A stretch of DNA of 64,000 bases from a virus (lineage: Duplodnaviria; Caudoviricetes), in the IMG/VR virus record IMGVR_UViG_3300047160_035177, positions 209 through 64,208 of that record; one strand, given 5' to 3'. Numbering within the stretch: the stretch's first letter is position 1; every line of letters begins with the position of its first letter. A program made the position numbers and the translations under genes. The notes beneath the pieces are model-generated. The model saw only the letters and a program-made list of their open reading frames with translations. It did no database searches and had not been told where the DNA came from. Positions 8,450 through 17,389 of the stretch are shown piece after piece.

Positions 8450-8738
8450 GGATGCACCATCGGAGCGCGAAAGCTCCTAGACCGAGAAGTGGTTGTGTAC
8501 CGTCGGGAGTAACTACCTCACCGCAGGCTTTGCGAATCAGCTTCCCCCACTTGTCCTGTTGCTGGGCCGCAGCGATGACGCGGTCACGAACGGAAGCGCC
8601 ATCGAACATGAGCATTTCGTAGGCGGCCATCGCGTAGGAAGCGTGCACGAGCCCGTAGGCGGGAGACGTATCTTGCTGGGCCGCCATGAGGTAGCGGTCC
8701 GCTTGGCGTATGACGGCAGCGCGCTCGCGATCGGTCAC
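8442..8738 (-). CDS. Protein resembling a conserved uncharacterised Nucleocytoviricota family
   Basis: RQADRYLMAAQQDTSPAYGLVHASYA matches the RQxxRYxxAxQQDxSPxxxxxHAxYA pattern I recall from prasinovirus and mimivirus proteins; not searched. Confidence 0.6.
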   Translation of the reverse strand: MTDRERAAVIRQADRYLMAAQQDTSPAYGLVHASYAMAAYEMLMFDGASVRDRVIAAAQQQDKWGKLIRKACGEVVTPDGTQPLLGLGAFALRWCIHA

Positions 8739-8748
8739 GCCGAAGATT

Positions 8749-8913
8749 CTACGCTGCTTCGTCTTCTAGCGGCAACTCAGGTTCCGACTCATCTTCAGGT
8801 GTGGGCTCTACGGATTCGTTTTCTTGTTTTCCGAACGTTCGATCCCAGCCGTCACGGAAGGCTTGCGAGCCGCCAAGAGCGACAGAGAACGGCGTTGACT
8901 GAAGATACTTCAC
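8749..8913 (-). CDS. 54-aa acidic protein missing from the ORF track (MKYLQSTPF...FRDGWDRTFGK...)
   Basis: Own translation; GTGA overlap with upstream gene; fills the gap exactly. Confidence 0.65.
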   Translation of the reverse strand: MKYLQSTPFSVALGGSQAFRDGWDRTFGKQENESVEPTPEDESEPELPLEDEAA

Positions 8914-10964
8914 GCTTGGATTATCTGCTGCTTAAGCTCGATGAACAACTCACGCAACCACGCTTCGCCTCGTGGGGTGAGAAGAACCGAATCAGGTTCG
9001 TTCGGCCGTTGTGCACAAACCTGCCGGACGATCTCTTGGAACGCGTCCACACCCGCGTTGACGATGTCCTGAAGGTAGAGACGCGGAACCTCCGCAACTA
9101 CTTCTTTCGCGATCTCCACTGCGGGTCGACCGCTCTCGGAAGCTTCCTCGAGGCGCTTCACCGCAACGCCAAGCGCACCGATTTCACTTTCTGTTAGCTG
9201 CGTAGGCTGCACGACTTCGGGCTTCAAGGGCTCTGCAGGTGCAGGCGCGGGCGCGGAAGGCGTTGCTACCGGTGCCGGCGCGGGTGTAGGCGCGGGTGGA
9301 TACATCGGGTAGGGCTGCGGGAATGCGGGCGCTACCTGAATCGGAAAAGCGCCGGGAGGCATCATGTAAGACATCGGCATCATCGGAGCAGCAACCGGTG
9401 CGGCCGGTGCTGTCTGCCGTTGGCCGATCGCGGTCGCTACACGCTCAAACACGCCTTTCGCGGCATCAACGACGCCCGCATCCTTCATGTCTTTAGCGAG
9501 CTGACCGATCTCGGTGCGCATCTCGCCTCCACCCTTTTCGTCGTTGCCGACGCCGGGCATGCGCATCCCGAACTGACTGGCGATACCGACAACGCTTCCG
9601 ATGGTGTCCGAAACAGATTTCAGCGCATCGGGCTTCGAGGTTCGAGCTTCGACCAAGTTGCGCTGCAACTCCTCTTTCTGTTTTTCGATGTCGTGGATGC
9701 GTTGCTCCAGCATCTGAATTCGATTTTCCTGACCCTTGATCTGCTCGCGAAAGATTCCTTCCTGCTTATCTAGCTCGGTCTTCTTCGCGAGATCGTACAT
9801 TTCCTTGAGACGCTCTGTAGCGCGCCGCTCATCGCTGTTCTGATCAGATAGACGCTTGACGTCGGACTGCCACTGACTGCGGATCGATTCGATGTCGCGT
9901 TGATGTAGCTCGTCGCGGTGCTTCTGCCGCTCACTGAAGGAATCCTCGCGTTCCTTCAGCTTCTCTTGGGACGCCTCGAGCTTCTCAACAAGCTTCTCAG
10001 CTTGTTCCTTGTGCTCACGTAGAAGCTGTTTTCGCTCTTCTTCCCACCGTTCGCGATCGTGGCGCTTGTCTTGTTCCCAACGCTCACGGGCTTGATCAAG
10101 CTCGCGCCGTGCGTCGCCTTGCATCTTGGCGACCGTTTCGGCGGATGGGTTACCGTGCGCAAGCTGGATTGCCTCGATCTGTTTCAGAAGAATGTCTGTC
10201 TTTGAATCATTGGCTTCCTTGAGAACCTTCAACATCTCCCCGAATTCACGACCGTGCGGGCCGCCATCGCGTAGATCCTGGATTACCTTCAACAACATTT
10301 CGTTGTTGAGCTTCATTACCTCCGCATCGGGCGAGATGACCCCACCCACTCCTTTAATTTTATCTTTGGAAACGCCACGAAGCATCGGAGGCGCGTTGAT
10401 GGGTACTTGCCCGAACATCTTCAACGGTCGGACTTTTCCAGATTGGGCGTGGTAGCCCATGAACTTCAGTTGATACATATATCCGCCGTTCTCCTGCTCG
10501 ATTTCGGACAGGAGATCATCGGCGTTACGTACGGCCATGATCGACCATTGGCCTGAAAAACCGGACGACGGCTTACCTTCTATGAAGGTAGGCGATACAC
10601 GCCAAGCAGTTACATACGACTGCGGATCTGATTTCAGCTTATCGATCCATTCATCGATAAGTTTCGTCAGCCCCGTTTCTTCTGCAGATAGAGCCGGTGG
10701 GATTCCAGTTGTACGATTCGTAACGTCTTCGCGAAGCGCCCCGAAAATCGGGGGCCTTTTCCGTTCTGGTTTTTCTTCTTCCTCGTTGACGACGGCATCG
10801 TTGACGCTTTCTTGCTCGCCGTTCTCGTCTAGCAGTCCTGCTTGCCGCGCCTGCGCTTGAACTTCAGCGAGATCGATATCGATTTTGCGCGGACGTCCAC
10901 GACGACGTGGAAATACCGGCTCGGGTGCAGGAAGCGCTACATCATCTTGGACTTCGTCATTCAT
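8910..10964 (-). CDS. Large coiled-coil protein with N-terminal AT-hook-like motif
   Basis: PRRRGRPRK; long E/K/R/Q heptad region; Pro-rich linker. Confidence 0.75.
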   Translation of the reverse strand: MNDEVQDDVALPAPEPVFPRRRGRPRKIDIDLAEVQAQARQAGLLDENGEQESVNDAVVNEEEEKPERKRPPIFGALREDVTNRTTGIPPALSAEETGLTKLIDEWIDKLKSDPQSYVTAWRVSPTFIEGKPSSGFSGQWSIMAVRNADDLLSEIEQENGGYMYQLKFMGYHAQSGKVRPLKMFGQVPINAPPMLRGVSKDKIKGVGGVISPDAEVMKLNNEMLLKVIQDLRDGGPHGREFGEMLKVLKEANDSKTDILLKQIEAIQLAHGNPSAETVAKMQGDARRELDQARERWEQDKRHDRERWEEERKQLLREHKEQAEKLVEKLEASQEKLKEREDSFSERQKHRDELHQRDIESIRSQWQSDVKRLSDQNSDERRATERLKEMYDLAKKTELDKQEGIFREQIKGQENRIQMLEQRIHDIEKQKEELQRNLVEARTSKPDALKSVSDTIGSVVGIASQFGMRMPGVGNDEKGGGEMRTEIGQLAKDMKDAGVVDAAKGVFERVATAIGQRQTAPAAPVAAPMMPMSYMMPPGAFPIQVAPAFPQPYPMYPPAPTPAPAPVATPSAPAPAPAEPLKPEVVQPTQLTESEIGALGVAVKRLEEASESGRPAVEIAKEVVAEVPRLYLQDIVNAGVDAFQEIVRQVCAQRPNEPDSVLLTPRGEAWLRELFIELKQQIIQA

Positions 10965-11481
10965 TTTCGACCATCGCTCTAGGTGGTTTCGGGATGCCCC
11001 ATCGCCTACGAAGCTTGACGACGTATTGACCGGTTTTCAGACCTAGTTTCTTTGCTGCCAGTTTTGTCGGCAACGACTCAATTATGTTTTGTACCTTAGG
11101 ACGGTTGTCCTCGCGTGATCCTCTTCCAACCTTGTTCTTATTGCCCCACTGCTCTTTGCCTCGACAGATTCCTTCATGCATCAAAATACGCGCAACAGAG
11201 CCCACGCCGATTTTAAAACGCTCTGCTAACTGATCTGTTGTGAAACATCCAGCGCGATATAGCGCGGCAACTTCAGCTCTAGTTTCGTCGCTGATTTTAC
11301 GCCGGTGTATATTTGGGATGTCGCGACCGCGCTGTGGAACACCGTCCGCACGGATGACTTCATAGATCCTAGGACGAGCGACGTGCAGAGTACGTGCGAT
11401 TTCAGGGATCGACTTTTCCGCTAAGTAAAGCTCGAGGATTTGAGCTTTAAGCTCATCGGAAAATGCTTTATGGCGCGACAA
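10957..11481 (-). CDS. Multi-HTH DNA-binding protein
   Basis: KSIPEIARTLHVARPRIYEVI; TTDQLAERFKIGVGSVARIL; third HTH-like segment. Confidence 0.7.
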   Translation of the reverse strand: MSRHKAFSDELKAQILELYLAEKSIPEIARTLHVARPRIYEVIRADGVPQRGRDIPNIHRRKISDETRAEVAALYRAGCFTTDQLAERFKIGVGSVARILMHEGICRGKEQWGNKNKVGRGSREDNRPKVQNIIESLPTKLAAKKLGLKTGQYVVKLRRRWGIPKPPRAMVENE

Positions 11482-11926
11482 CGGGGTTTGTTTGTGGTTG
11501 GGCAGGAGAAAACAGCGCTTCTACGATTTGAGCTGTGTGCAACGTCTCCTGATCTTGCACGCGTTCTTTTACAAGCATAACCAGCCGTTGGACAAGAGCG
11601 AAAAAGTTTGTCGAAGCGATCGCGCGAGTAAGGTTGCCAAGCCGATCCAGCTCTTCGCGGAGATCTCCGATTTCATCTTCGAGATCAACAACGTCTTCCG
11701 CGGTCAGCGCGCCAACCTTCGCGAGCTTGAGCATGAATCCGTAGATCCAATCGCGCATCTCCGCGCGGCCGTTCTTCGTGTCGTCCCGAAGCTTTTTCAA
11801 AAACGCATCAGAGCCGACCGTGTCCTGCCGACCCTTGATCTCGTCGTGAATGTCGATCCACTCATCGGCGCGGGTAGGATCTTCTAACGGTTCTTCCTTC
11901 ACGGCAACGGCTGTTTCTTCGGTCAT
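11468..11926 (-). CDS. Hypothetical protein
   Basis: Coupled ORF. Confidence 0.65.
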   Translation of the reverse strand: MTEETAVAVKEEPLEDPTRADEWIDIHDEIKGRQDTVGSDAFLKKLRDDTKNGRAEMRDWIYGFMLKLAKVGALTAEDVVDLEDEIGDLREELDRLGNLTRAIASTNFFALVQRLVMLVKERVQDQETLHTAQIVEALFSPAQPQTNPVVAP

Positions 11927-12342
11927 GGATTCTTCTCCTGGGTAGTAGACAACGCCGCAGCGGCCGCAAGCTGCACTTGATGCCTATCTTGCTCCAACAA
12001 GCGGCGTTCATCGAGATCGTCGATCTCGTCTTGTCTCAAGGGTGCCCAGATCGAGCAATCGATCGGCAAAATCGGCGCTGTGCTCAGTATCGAAATCGCG
12101 CGCGCATCGGCTCGACGCTCTTGGAATTGCACTCCCGCGCGGCAGAAACAACGGCGCTGGGCGAGCGCAGAAGTTTGTATCTCGATACCCGTCGGAAATT
12201 GCGTTTCGATGAAATGCCTGCAAGGTCCGCGTTTGCAGATCGTCGGATCTTCCTGCGAAACGGGCTCACTCGTCGTCGCAGCAATTGAAGGCGCGAGCGC
12301 TTCGGCTTCCGCTTCCAAATCGTCAAAAAGATCTTCGGCCAC
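11923..12342 (-). CDS. Hypothetical Cys-containing protein, probably leaderless
   Basis: TACACT 6 nt before the GTG start. Confidence 0.65.
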   Translation of the reverse strand: MAEDLFDDLEAEAEALAPSIAATTSEPVSQEDPTICKRGPCRHFIETQFPTGIEIQTSALAQRRCFCRAGVQFQERRADARAISILSTAPILPIDCSIWAPLRQDEIDDLDERRLLEQDRHQVQLAAAAALSTTQEKNP

Positions 12343-12415
12343 GGCGCGAGTGTATGCGCTGCTGTGCTTTACACGTCAAGAACAGATTTTAGATCTGTCG
12401 CTGCACACAATCGAC

Positions 12416-12443
12416 TTGACATCAACTTGTTTGTCGCCATTCT
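12416..12443 (+). promoter_or_regulatory. Sigma70-type promoter for the putative ncRNA
   Basis: Perfect TTGACA at 12416-12421; CATTCT -10 after 16 nt. Confidence 0.45.
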
Positions 12444-12449
12444 ACGCAA

Positions 12450-12572
12450 TGAAAGAGCGACGGTGAGGAGCAAGCCTCCTCAACGTGTCTCGTTTGCTAA
12501 AAGCAAACAGGATCGTCGGCAACCGTTGCTCCGGAGGGCGGGATCGCGAAAGCGGTCCCGCCCTTTGTGTTT
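12450..12572 (+). ncRNA. Candidate structured small RNA, family unknown
   Basis: Stem 12455-64/12522-31 encloses hairpins 12465-81 and 12492-12508; followed by a terminator; no convincing ORF. Confidence 0.45.
12535..12572 (+). terminator. Rho-independent terminator
   Basis: 12-bp GC stem GGGCGGGATCGC/GCGGTCCCGCCC, GAAA loop, then TTTGTGTTT. Confidence 0.7.
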
Positions 12573-12667
12573 CTAGAACTTCGCGGACCCCTCCGTGACC
12601 CTCCGTAAAATCGCGCCGAAGGCCTCTAGCTTGCGCTAGGCGGGGCGTTTGGCTTCGGGTTGGTACT

Positions 12668-13069
12668 TCACCCTTCCGGATCCGGATCCGCGTCTCCTAC
12701 ACAATCGCCTAGACCGCGGTACAGAATCCGACCATCGGGTAAGAGCATCGCTAGAACGTCGTAAGGCCCGTCAAAGTTTCGTCGCGTTATCCTAACTGCA
12801 CGTAATTTATCGTCAATTTGGACAACAAGCTGTGAAGGCCAAGTACGCCCAAAGCCGTTAAAGACCGTAAAGCCACGGGCCACCAAGTCGGTTTGCACAC
12901 GTAATTCCTCAAGCATCACGCGGGCTCGATGCTGCTTCTCTCGCTCTGCTCGTTCCCGCAACGTTCGTAGTACTGCAGTACGGTCACGGCAGTACGTGTT
13001 GCAGTACACCGATGGACGACCGGCTTCGTTTCGTTCGGGAATTAATCGACCGCAAGTTTGACACGTCAT
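12668..13069 (-). CDS. Zn-finger protein with possible degenerate nuclease-like C-terminal domain
   Basis: CQTC...YCNTYCR; LVARGFTVF...LVVQ. Confidence 0.6.
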   Translation of the reverse strand: MTCQTCGRLIPERNEAGRPSVYCNTYCRDRTAVLRTLRERAEREKQHRARVMLEELRVQTDLVARGFTVFNGFGRTWPSQLVVQIDDKLRAVRITRRNFDGPYDVLAMLLPDGRILYRGLGDCVGDADPDPEG

Positions 13070-13120
13070 GGGACCCTTCTTTCTTCCCTCACAGGGCCTT
13101 CTTATAAGACGATATACGGG

Positions 13121-13170
13121 GGGTGTGAAATAAGCTTAATTACTAGGGTGTGAAATAAGCTTAATTACTA
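13121..13170. repeat. Perfect 25-bp tandem duplication
   Basis: GGGTGTGAAATAAGCTTAATTACTA at 13121-13145 and 13146-13170. Confidence 0.95.
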
Positions 13171-13255
13171 CCCCCCAAAATCGACTTTATATATGACGAT
13201 CCATGGTGTGAAGAAAGAAGGGGCTTATTTCACAAAAACAACGAAAACGGATTTA

Positions 13256-13400
13256 TTTTCTACCCTAGAAATTGCTTCTTGCACCGAGTAAGAAGTGCAA
13301 GAAGGGTAATTTCTACCCTCCGAAATTAGCTTCTTTCACTAGCAAGAGGTGGTGAAAGAAGTGCAAGAAGGGTAATTTCTACCCTGCGAAATTAAATGCT
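13256..13400. repeat. Iteron-like 30-bp direct repeats with nested inverted repeats (putative origin)
   Basis: AAGAAGTGCAAGAAGGGTAATTTCTACCCT at 13290-13319 and 13356-13385; partial third copy near 13256; AT-rich non-coding gap. Confidence 0.85.
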
Positions 13401-13413
13401 TCTGTGAAAGAAG

Positions 13414-14661
13414 CTACTCGTCAACAAGCCAGTACCAACGACCCGTGCGTCCACCAGTCACGACGTCTTTCTCGCAAAGCTGCTCCGCGACTCTTATCGC
13501 GAGCAATGCTTCGTCGAGATTTCTTGCCGTTAAGTGTGTTTTCCTGACAAGCATACTTCGTGCCATACCAGCCTGACCGGCGTTCTTGAGGGCTGCCCGG
13601 ACACGATCCAATGGCGATGCGGTACGCTCGATCACCAAGCCGAAGTTGTCGACCAACGATCGCATGCAGTGCTCTACGAACAAAATCGCCGGCAGCATCG
13701 AGTCTGGCTGGACAACGAGATCGCCCACCGAGTCCGGTGTACGCAACGACGCTTCGTAGAGAGTAGCGACCCGTAGAACGTGCTCTTTAGCGCGGGCGAA
13801 ACTCGGTGCGATATGTGCGGAAGCGCTGCGTTGCAGATCTTGCCACGCTGGATCCTTGTCCCACTTCCGTACTAGCTCCCAAGCTTCGTCACTCAACATT
13901 CCGTAAGTAGGAAGTGTAAGCGGGCCAATCAAAAAATTCAGCTCGTCTTGGAGCTGGCGAACCAGACTAATGACGTCTTGGTCGGCTTCCATCTCCTTGT
14001 CGTCCGGGCGTTTAGCACAACATATCAAATACCTCGCCATCTTCCCGGCGTGCCAATCCAGCATCCCAACAGCGCTGTTAACCAGCTCGCGCGTGGACGC
14101 TCCTAAAATTGAAACGCGCGGGCGCTCGATACGCACTTGCTTGCCGCCCGCTTTGACACGGGACATCGTCTCTGGCGCGTCATAAAGCGTGTTCCACATC
14201 TCGCTTTGGTGTCCCCACCACTTCGCGGCCAAAAGACGATGCAGATCTGTCCACTCGTAGAGGATGATCAGTCGGTTAGCCTCTTTGGCTAGCTCGTCAA
14301 CGATTCCTTCGGGCGATGAAGTACTCGGAAAGAACAGACGCGCTCCACCGTTCGAGACGCGATCGAACACGGGAGAAGCCATCCGAAGAGCGCGCTTGAT
14401 CGAAGAAGTTTTCCGAGATGCGGACGAATCACCCACGATCAGTTGGTAGAGATGCAACGGGTGGATCACGTTTCTAAAAACGAGATCCATCTGCGGCGCT
14501 ACCGCAGTCGACGTCAACGCTAGCGCCGACATAATGTGGTACTCGGGCGGGGCATCGGTACCCTGCACTGCGTACCATACATAGTTGTAGATGAGGCCCC
14601 CCGGCGGAAGGAACTTCTCGTAATCAGAGAAATTCCAAACGGGTGCGACAACCGCCGTCAT
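13414..14661 (-). CDS. DUF3987/YfjI-like replication protein with C-terminal winged helix
   Basis: LYQLIVGDSSASRKT degenerate P-loop; SSPEGIVDEL; start reassigned to MTAVV. Confidence 0.7.
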   Translation of the reverse strand: MTAVVAPVWNFSDYEKFLPPGGLIYNYVWYAVQGTDAPPEYHIMSALALTSTAVAPQMDLVFRNVIHPLHLYQLIVGDSSASRKTSSIKRALRMASPVFDRVSNGGARLFFPSTSSPEGIVDELAKEANRLIILYEWTDLHRLLAAKWWGHQSEMWNTLYDAPETMSRVKAGGKQVRIERPRVSILGASTRELVNSAVGMLDWHAGKMARYLICCAKRPDDKEMEADQDVISLVRQLQDELNFLIGPLTLPTYGMLSDEAWELVRKWDKDPAWQDLQRSASAHIAPSFARAKEHVLRVATLYEASLRTPDSVGDLVVQPDSMLPAILFVEHCMRSLVDNFGLVIERTASPLDRVRAALKNAGQAGMARSMLVRKTHLTARNLDEALLAIRVAEQLCEKDVVTGGRTGRWYWLVDE

Positions 14662-14755
14662 GTATGTCTCTTTCGCGTGTCGTAGATCATCGGCGGCCGA
14701 TCGTTTACACCCACACGCTAAATGGGTCAAAAGAAAAAAGAATCTTCGAATTGCT

Positions 14756-14784
14756 TTGACAACCATTGATTGAGCACCTAGGTT
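14756..14784 (+). promoter_or_regulatory. Sigma70-type promoter of the replication operon
   Basis: TTGACA-N17-TAGGTT. Confidence 0.65.
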
Positions 14785-14799
14785 GCGTGACCGCCGACG

Positions 14800-16284
14800 A
14801 TGTCCTCAATCACTCCACTTCCACGCACAGATTGGTTCATTTGGCGCGCGCCTCCTGATAGCTGGCGAATCGAACATGCCGACGTTCCCGGGCTCGTTTG
14901 GGGCAACACGCGCGGATGGACCGTAAAACTCCATCGAAGCCATCTGCCGCTCACGCCGATTTACTACCCCACCACCAATAATCTGATTCCTACGAACGAG
15001 CTTCTGCGCCCCTACCAACGTGAAGGGCTCCAATTTTTAAAATCGCGTCGCGGCTCGCTTCTCGCTTTCGAGATGCGTCTAGGGAAGACGATCACAGCTT
15101 GCTGCGCGCACGATCCCGATGACGGCCCTCTCGTCGTTGTAGGCCCACTCGCCTCTCGTGACGTGTGGCGGCAGTGGATCGAACGCATCCACGGTGTCCC
15201 ACCAATTCTTCTTCTCGGTCGCAAAGATCCCGAGCCGATGCCCGGATACCCTGCCTACTTCGTCCACTACGATATCCTGGACGCGCACGTAGGCCTCGTT
15301 CCGAAGCTTGGAACCCTCGTCCTAGACGAAATTCATCTTTGCCAGTCCGGGAAAACTCGCCGCACTCAGGCCGCGACAGTTTTAGCAACGCGCGCCGCAC
15401 GCGTGATCGGCCTCTCCGGTACGCCCATGTGGAGCCGCCCGATTTCGCTTCATCCTGTGCTTCACCTCATCTCTCCCGGTGCCTGGGGTGCCCGCCACGC
15501 CTTCGGTCTACGCTACGCGGGCGCGGAGCCAGGCGCCTACGGATGGCACTACGACGGCATTTCAAATTCTGAAGAGCTGCAAGCGCGCCTTGGTGAAGTC
15601 GTTTACCGACGAACCTGGAAAGACGTTGTGGGCGATTTACCACTTACCCAACGCATCGTAGAGCCCATCGAGATCGCACAGAAAGACGTCCAGCAAATCG
15701 AAGAACTTGCGATGGATGCTGCGCTTGCCCGCGGCAAGTCCACCGTCGCGGGCTACACAGCAACACTCCGCCGGAAGCTCGCATCGCTAAAAGTAAAAGC
15801 AGCGGTCGAGACAGCCACGCGCGCCATGCAGGACGGACACAAGGTCGTGATCTGGACGTGGCACAACGAGATCGCCGAAAAAATTTCTTCGGCAATCAAC
15901 CAAGGTGCCGGTCTGCAAGTCGGGCACTTCGCTACGTTCCGATTGAACAGTCACGATTCCCAGACCGTTCGGGACGTCCAGGTAAAGCAGTTTCGCGAGA
16001 TGCCGATCGCTTCCGCGATGATTGCCGGCATCGCAGTCGGTGGCGTTGCGATCGATCTTTCCTGCTCTGATTACGCGATCTTCGCGGAAGTAGATTGGAC
16101 ACCTGCGAATGTACTTCAAGCTGAGATGCGCACGTTCTCGCCAACGCGCCCGCATGTTGTTATCTATCTGGAAGCTGACGTTCCTCTCGAACGAAAGCTT
16201 TTTGAGGCCTTGGGCGTTCGAGAAGACATGAATGCCCGTGTTGGACTAGGTGAATCCGAAATCGCAAGAATGGTGCTGGAATGA
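14800..16284 (+). CDS. SNF2-like superfamily 2 helicase
   Basis: LRPYQREG, EMRLGKT, LDEIH, LSGTP, DWTPANVLQAEMR. Confidence 0.9.
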   Translation: MSSITPLPRTDWFIWRAPPDSWRIEHADVPGLVWGNTRGWTVKLHRSHLPLTPIYYPTTNNLIPTNELLRPYQREGLQFLKSRRGSLLAFEMRLGKTITACCAHDPDDGPLVVVGPLASRDVWRQWIERIHGVPPILLLGRKDPEPMPGYPAYFVHYDILDAHVGLVPKLGTLVLDEIHLCQSGKTRRTQAATVLATRAARVIGLSGTPMWSRPISLHPVLHLISPGAWGARHAFGLRYAGAEPGAYGWHYDGISNSEELQARLGEVVYRRTWKDVVGDLPLTQRIVEPIEIAQKDVQQIEELAMDAALARGKSTVAGYTATLRRKLASLKVKAAVETATRAMQDGHKVVIWTWHNEIAEKISSAINQGAGLQVGHFATFRLNSHDSQTVRDVQVKQFREMPIASAMIAGIAVGGVAIDLSCSDYAIFAEVDWTPANVLQAEMRTFSPTRPHVVIYLEADVPLERKLFEALGVREDMNARVGLGESEIARMVLE

Positions 16285-16484
16285 AAAAGCAAGTAACAGA
16301 CGAAAATGACGACATCCGCCGCGTTGTACGATTAACACCGGACGGCCAATTCTATTTAAGCAAGCTCTCTGAATACTATTCAAATATGCTTGGTGTGAAG
16401 ATCCGAAACAATCAAATCGTTGAGGCCGCACTTCGAGAGCTCATAAACAAGACCGGCGCTAACGGACACGAAAAGATCAAATGA
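16281..16484 (+). CDS. Small possible ribbon-helix-helix regulator
   Basis: VVRLT strand followed by two predicted helices. Confidence 0.45.
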   Translation: MKKQVTDENDDIRRVVRLTPDGQFYLSKLSEYYSNMLGVKIRNNQIVEAALRELINKTGANGHEKIK

Positions 16485-17389
16485 AAATCCCTCTGAACTT
16501 TGATAAATCTAGCGTTCTCTACGCAAATGAAGTAATCTCAAGGGCGCTGAAGCGCTTCGGATGCTCCCCTCCCGGAGGTAGATCGGGCGATGGGTGGAGC
16601 GGGATCGCAGAGCTGCAACGCTGCGCCTACCGTTACTATCTCAACAACGAGCTTCAAGCCACGCCCGTCGGCCCTGGCGCGACGATGAGCACCGCGCTCC
16701 AAGTCGGTACTTATCTACACGCCTTCATGGCGGCCCACTACATTCGATTTCTCCCGGAGGGTTACCCGGGTTGGCAGAAAGATTTTCCCGGACCCATGGA
16801 ATTCATCGACGCATGTGCCAACGAGCGCGTCGACGTTACCGCCTTCGAAGAGGCGAAACGGCTTATGTATGGCTACCTCGAGCATTACTCCAACGAAGAG
16901 ATCCAGCCCGTAGCGGTTGAATACGAAGCAGGAACCCCCGGAATTCACACGTGCCGCTACGACGCGGTCGTTTGGAAAGATGGCGGTCTCTGGGATCTAG
17001 AAACAAAAACGATGGCGCCTACCACCGCGTCCCGCGCCGATGCCTTCGAGGGTTGGTATCTCGACGGTGAAATCGTCGGTCAGGTCTACGCGTGGAAGCT
17101 CGCTAATCTACAAGAGAAGTTTCAAGCTCCTCTTTCAGGCGTGATCATCAACGCCCTCATCAAGTCCCGTGTTCCTGAGTACCGCCGGATGGAAGTCGTC
17201 ATCCCGGAAAAGGTGGTCGAGGCCTACGCCCGAGATCGTCAGTTCTGGGGTCAACAACGTGAGCATTACCGTCGTAGTGGCTACTGGCCCAAATCTCTTT
17301 GGGGCTGCCGTGGAATCTATGACCGTTGCGGTTTCTTCGCCCATTGCCGAGACGAAGACGCAAATCTCATCGAGATAAGGAAACCATGA
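16481..17389 (+). CDS. Cas4/AddB-like PD-(D/E)XK exonuclease with probable Fe-S cluster
   Basis: QRCAYRYYL; RYDAV...DLETKT; C-terminal CRGIYDRCGFFAHC (1+3 Cys arrangement). Confidence 0.8.
   Translation: MKIPLNFDKSSVLYANEVISRALKRFGCSPPGGRSGDGWSGIAELQRCAYRYYLNNELQATPVGPGATMSTALQVGTYLHAFMAAHYIRFLPEGYPGWQKDFPGPMEFIDACANERVDVTAFEEAKRLMYGYLEHYSNEEIQPVAVEYEAGTPGIHTCRYDAVVWKDGGLWDLETKTMAPTTASRADAFEGWYLDGEIVGQVYAWKLANLQEKFQAPLSGVIINALIKSRVPEYRRMEVVIPEKVVEAYARDRQFWGQQREHYRRSGYWPKSLWGCRGIYDRCGFFAHCRDEDANLIEIRKP

Noticed and set aside
12450-12572. Hammerhead ribozyme, SAM-I or c-di-GMP riboswitch identity for the RNA candidate
   Set aside because: No CUGAnGA core; SAM-like words (GGCAACC, UGCUAA) are in the wrong order; it is not upstream of a same-strand gene
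13121-13385. Repeats as a CRISPR mini-array (a Cas4-like gene is present)
   Set aside because: One pair has no spacer and the other has only two copies with self-similar, hairpin-forming intervening DNA; no cas1 or cas2
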